The notes under the pieces are model-generated. The model was not told where the DNA came from and did no database searches. It saw nothing but the letters and a program-made list of their open reading frames with translations. Below, one piece after another: positions 7,354 through 9,742 of a stretch of 9,742 bases of DNA. The stretch is from Vitrella brassicaformis CCMP3155. Taxonomy: Eukaryota > Protista > Chromerida. How positions within the stretch are numbered: the first letter of the stretch is position 1; each line of letters begins with the position of its first letter. A program made the translations under genes and the position numbers. Location of the stretch: contig CDMY01000936.1 in the NCBI GenBank assembly GCA_001179505.1, positions 1-9,742 of the forward strand, read 5' to 3'.

Positions 7354-8927
7354 CCTCTTCAATCCACTGAGACATTGGCTCCTCCTCTGCATTGTCCACA
7401 TCGCCCTCGAGTGGCTCGTCGAGGGTGCGGGTGCGGGCGCGGGCGTCTCGGGCACCTCCCTGTCGCTGTCCTCGGCCGCTGCTGCTGGTGGGGGGAGTGC
7501 TGCCGCCATATGAGCCGCTTCCGGGAGAGGGGAGTCGGGGATGGCATCACGGGACGCAGGGGACGCACCGGAATCCCCTGACGCCGCCGTCTCGTCACCC
7601 GAGTCCTCCCTGGCTGCCCGCTCCTCCACGGGCACCTCCTCACACACACCGCGGGCGGCTGCTGATGGGCCGGGGACGGGTTGCTCGTCCAGCCTCACCG
7701 CCTGGCGGACGGCAGGCGACTCCAGCAGCTCCAGCGCGGCGAACAGCTGTTCGTGGATGTGCTCGACTGTTGCCCTCTCGCCCTGCCTCTCCCTCAGCAC
7801 CGCCTCTGCGACGCCGGCGTGGATGTCCGCCCACCGCTTCACCCACCACAGGTCGGCCTCGTGGCAGATCTGCTCGAGGGGCCAGGAGAGCTGCCCGCCG
7901 TGCAGTGGGTAGCCGTCAGGGCTCATGAAGTACTCGCGCACTTCATCCCACTGCAGCATCATCTGCTGCTCCCTCTCCTGGGGGTCCATCCCCTCCGGCG
8001 CCTCCAGCATGGCGGTGTGATAGGCCACCCGCCCTCCAATGGTGGAGAACACCAGCAGTCCCAAGCCGTATGCCACGCTGGGTAGCCCCACGAGGACGGC
8101 CTCCTCCCTCCCCTCGCCCGTGAGCAACCCGTCGTCACGCATCTCCCGACGCAGACGGCACCAGCCCTCGAAGATCTGCCGACTCGTGTCGGGAGGCATC
8201 TCGTCCTCCTCTTCCTCGCCATCCTCTGAGTCGTCGTCTTCACTGTCGTCATCCTCATCGGATGAGTCGTCGTCGTCACTCTCCTCGCTCTCCCCCTCTG
8301 ACTCGTCGGCCTCGTCGTCTTGAACGTCGGATGGGCCGTCCTCTTGTCTTTCGTCTGCCGCCACCTCATCTTGGCTGTCGTCTGCCGCCGCCTCCTCTTG
8401 GCCCGCTGAGGTGGAGCCACAGCCCAGCAACATCGCCCACTGCTCGGGAGACCTGAACCAACACGTGCCAACCGGGCGGGCGTCCTGGTTCTGAAGGTCC
8501 TCGTCGAGCGGGACGCGGGCAGGCCTGGGGCCGAGGAACTCTGGGGCGGGCGGGTGGGCTGTGGGGGAGGGTGTTTCGGGGGCTGCGATGCTGTTGGCGT
8601 AGTCGATGAAGAGCGCCCCGTTGTCATTTGAGTGGCGCTGCAGGGTGCCGTCGGGGCTGTGGAGGACGGACCGCGGCAGCATGATGTTGTTTACGAAGCC
8701 GTCGAGGCAGTAGATGCCGTGGTTGGCTACGGCGCCTCGGTGCGCTTGCGTGGTCATGATGAGGGCCTTCGACACGACCTTCAGGTCCGCCAAGAGCCCT
8801 CTCATGGCCTGGTTGCGGTCCCTCATGCAGCCCGCCTCAAACCTCGTCAGCACATAACCCAGCCCGTAGCGGGTCTGCTCGCATCCCATCCACCCAAACA
8901 GACGGTTCAGCTCCACATACACGTCAC
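7354..8927 (-). CDS. Divergent protein kinase, exon 2 (catalytic loop, activation segment, C-lobe with acidic insert, low-complexity tail)
   Basis: HGIYCLDGFVNNIML = subdomain VIb (D 8703-8701, N 8688-8686). LFIDYANS = VII (D 8604-8602). PVGTCWFRSPEQW = VIII (8469-8437). SVAYGLGLLVF = IX-like (about 8079). Starts after gtacAG| (8928) in the phase required by exon 1. Confidence 0.85.
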
Positions 8928-9065
8928 CTGTACCAACACCCCACACACACACGTACAGAGAACATCAGAACCCTCACCCTGCCACTCGTGCGCTATTCAC
9001 TCGTTCTTTCTCCCGGCCTTGCTGCCTCATTCATCAAAAGTATGTGTGAATCTCACTCAGCTCAC
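8928..9065 (-). other. Spliceosomal intron, 138 nt, phase 1
   Basis: ctg g|GTGAGC...gtgtgtgtggggtgttggtacAG|gt gac. Joins KAEPPLL-G-DVYVELNR in frame and removes the stop at 9034-9036. Confidence 0.85.
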
Positions 9066-9438
9066 CCAGCAGTGGTGGTTCGGCCTTAAACAGGGACTTC
9101 TTGGTGCTGCCATCTGGGCTCGTGTAGTAGGCGGGGCGCTCGAGGTCGGCGTCTGCAGCGTAGAGCTTGAGGAACGGGCTGGTGCCGGCGGCCCGGCGCA
9201 TCCGCCGCACCTCCGTCCTCATATCACGAGCGGCCCTCTGAATCTCCTCCTCCGTCAGCCCCTCCAGCAACACTATCTTGACGGCCGCATCATCGGTGGC
9301 ACTGCTGCCGTGTCGGGGCACCCTCCCTCGAAGGACGAATGCCGTTGCGCCGACGCCCAGGGTGGCAGCTCCTTCGTCCTCGAACTCGATGACGCGGCCG
9401 TCGCTAGACAGGAGTTTGCTCGCACACATCAAACACAT
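9066..9438 (-). CDS. Divergent protein kinase, exon 1 (N-lobe); start codon uncertain
   Basis: LGVGATAFV = Gly-rich loop (9360-9334). AAVKIV = beta3 Lys (9279-9277). RDMRTEVRRM = alphaC Glu (9213-9211). First in-frame ATG is at 9438; the frame stays open upstream to about 9618, so an earlier exon is possible. Confidence 0.8.
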
Positions 9439-9742
9439 CGCTGCTCTTCTCTCGCAACGAATACGCTCCGCCAACCAACCTCTTCGCGATCGCCAGCGCG
9501 CAGAAAAGTTTACGGTGAAGAAGGAAGGCAGAGGAATGCAGATAGGAAGGAAGTGAGCGTTCCCGCCGTCTATTCTATTACGATTTTCAGCGATGATGGA
9601 CTCCTCGGGAAACTTGCATTAACCGTAACACTCGTCTGTGTGTCCGTGATACTCATAAACATACAGTCCCATGAGCACGCAGAGTCAAACGCTCACGGGG
9701 AGGAGGGATCGATCCCCGCCCCATCAGCACACCCCAGTCCCG

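Noticed and set aside
7392-8456. Plus-strand ORFs (7392..7928, 7541..7912, 7681..8085, 8039..8323, 8262..8456) and alternative minus frames
   Set aside because: Shadow ORFs of the GC-rich kinase exon; the conserved motifs are all in one minus frame.
6688-8952. 754-aa ORF taken at face value as one protein
   Set aside because: Its N-terminus (MCVWGVGT) lies in intron 9065-8928, and it reads through a probable 112-nt microsatellite-containing intron; the kinase N-lobe is in a separate exon.
8437-9360. Naming the kinase FIKK or ROPK
   Set aside because: Only loose motif resemblance; there is no FIKK motif, the Gly loop is retained and no clear signal peptide is visible.
1-9742. tRNA, rRNA, transposase, reverse transcriptase or integrase genes
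   Set aside because: No cloverleaf or box A/B pattern, rRNA signature, YxDD or DDE motif context, LTRs or TIRs were seen by eye; covariance and profile searches were not run.

Overview
GC-rich eukaryotic genomic DNA, not prokaryotic. It has short GT-AG spliceosomal introns (about 70-140 nt; donors GTGAG/GTAAG/GTACG) and non-coding stretches full of CA/GT, CATC, CAGT and GTCT microsatellites. This style resembles a Vitrella-like chromerid or other alveolate, but that is inference only. All credible coding sequence is on the minus strand. From right to left: (1) a strongly divergent protein kinase gene (about 9438->7176, 3 exons) that keeps the catalytic Lys/Glu/Asp/Asn/Asp but has CLD for HRD, DYA for DFG and a ~110-aa acidic insert, followed by a Pro-rich repeat and a Trp-rich segment whose linkage to the kinase depends on a frame conflict; (2) about 6600->3800, coding-like exons separated by clean introns but broken by frame switches and stops (decaying gene(s) or assembly indels); (3) a microsatellite-rich non-coding block (about 1030-3800) with degenerate duplications; (4) a multi-exon hypothetical gene running off the left edge. 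No rRNA, tRNA, CRISPR array or recognisable transposase/reverse transcriptase was found.
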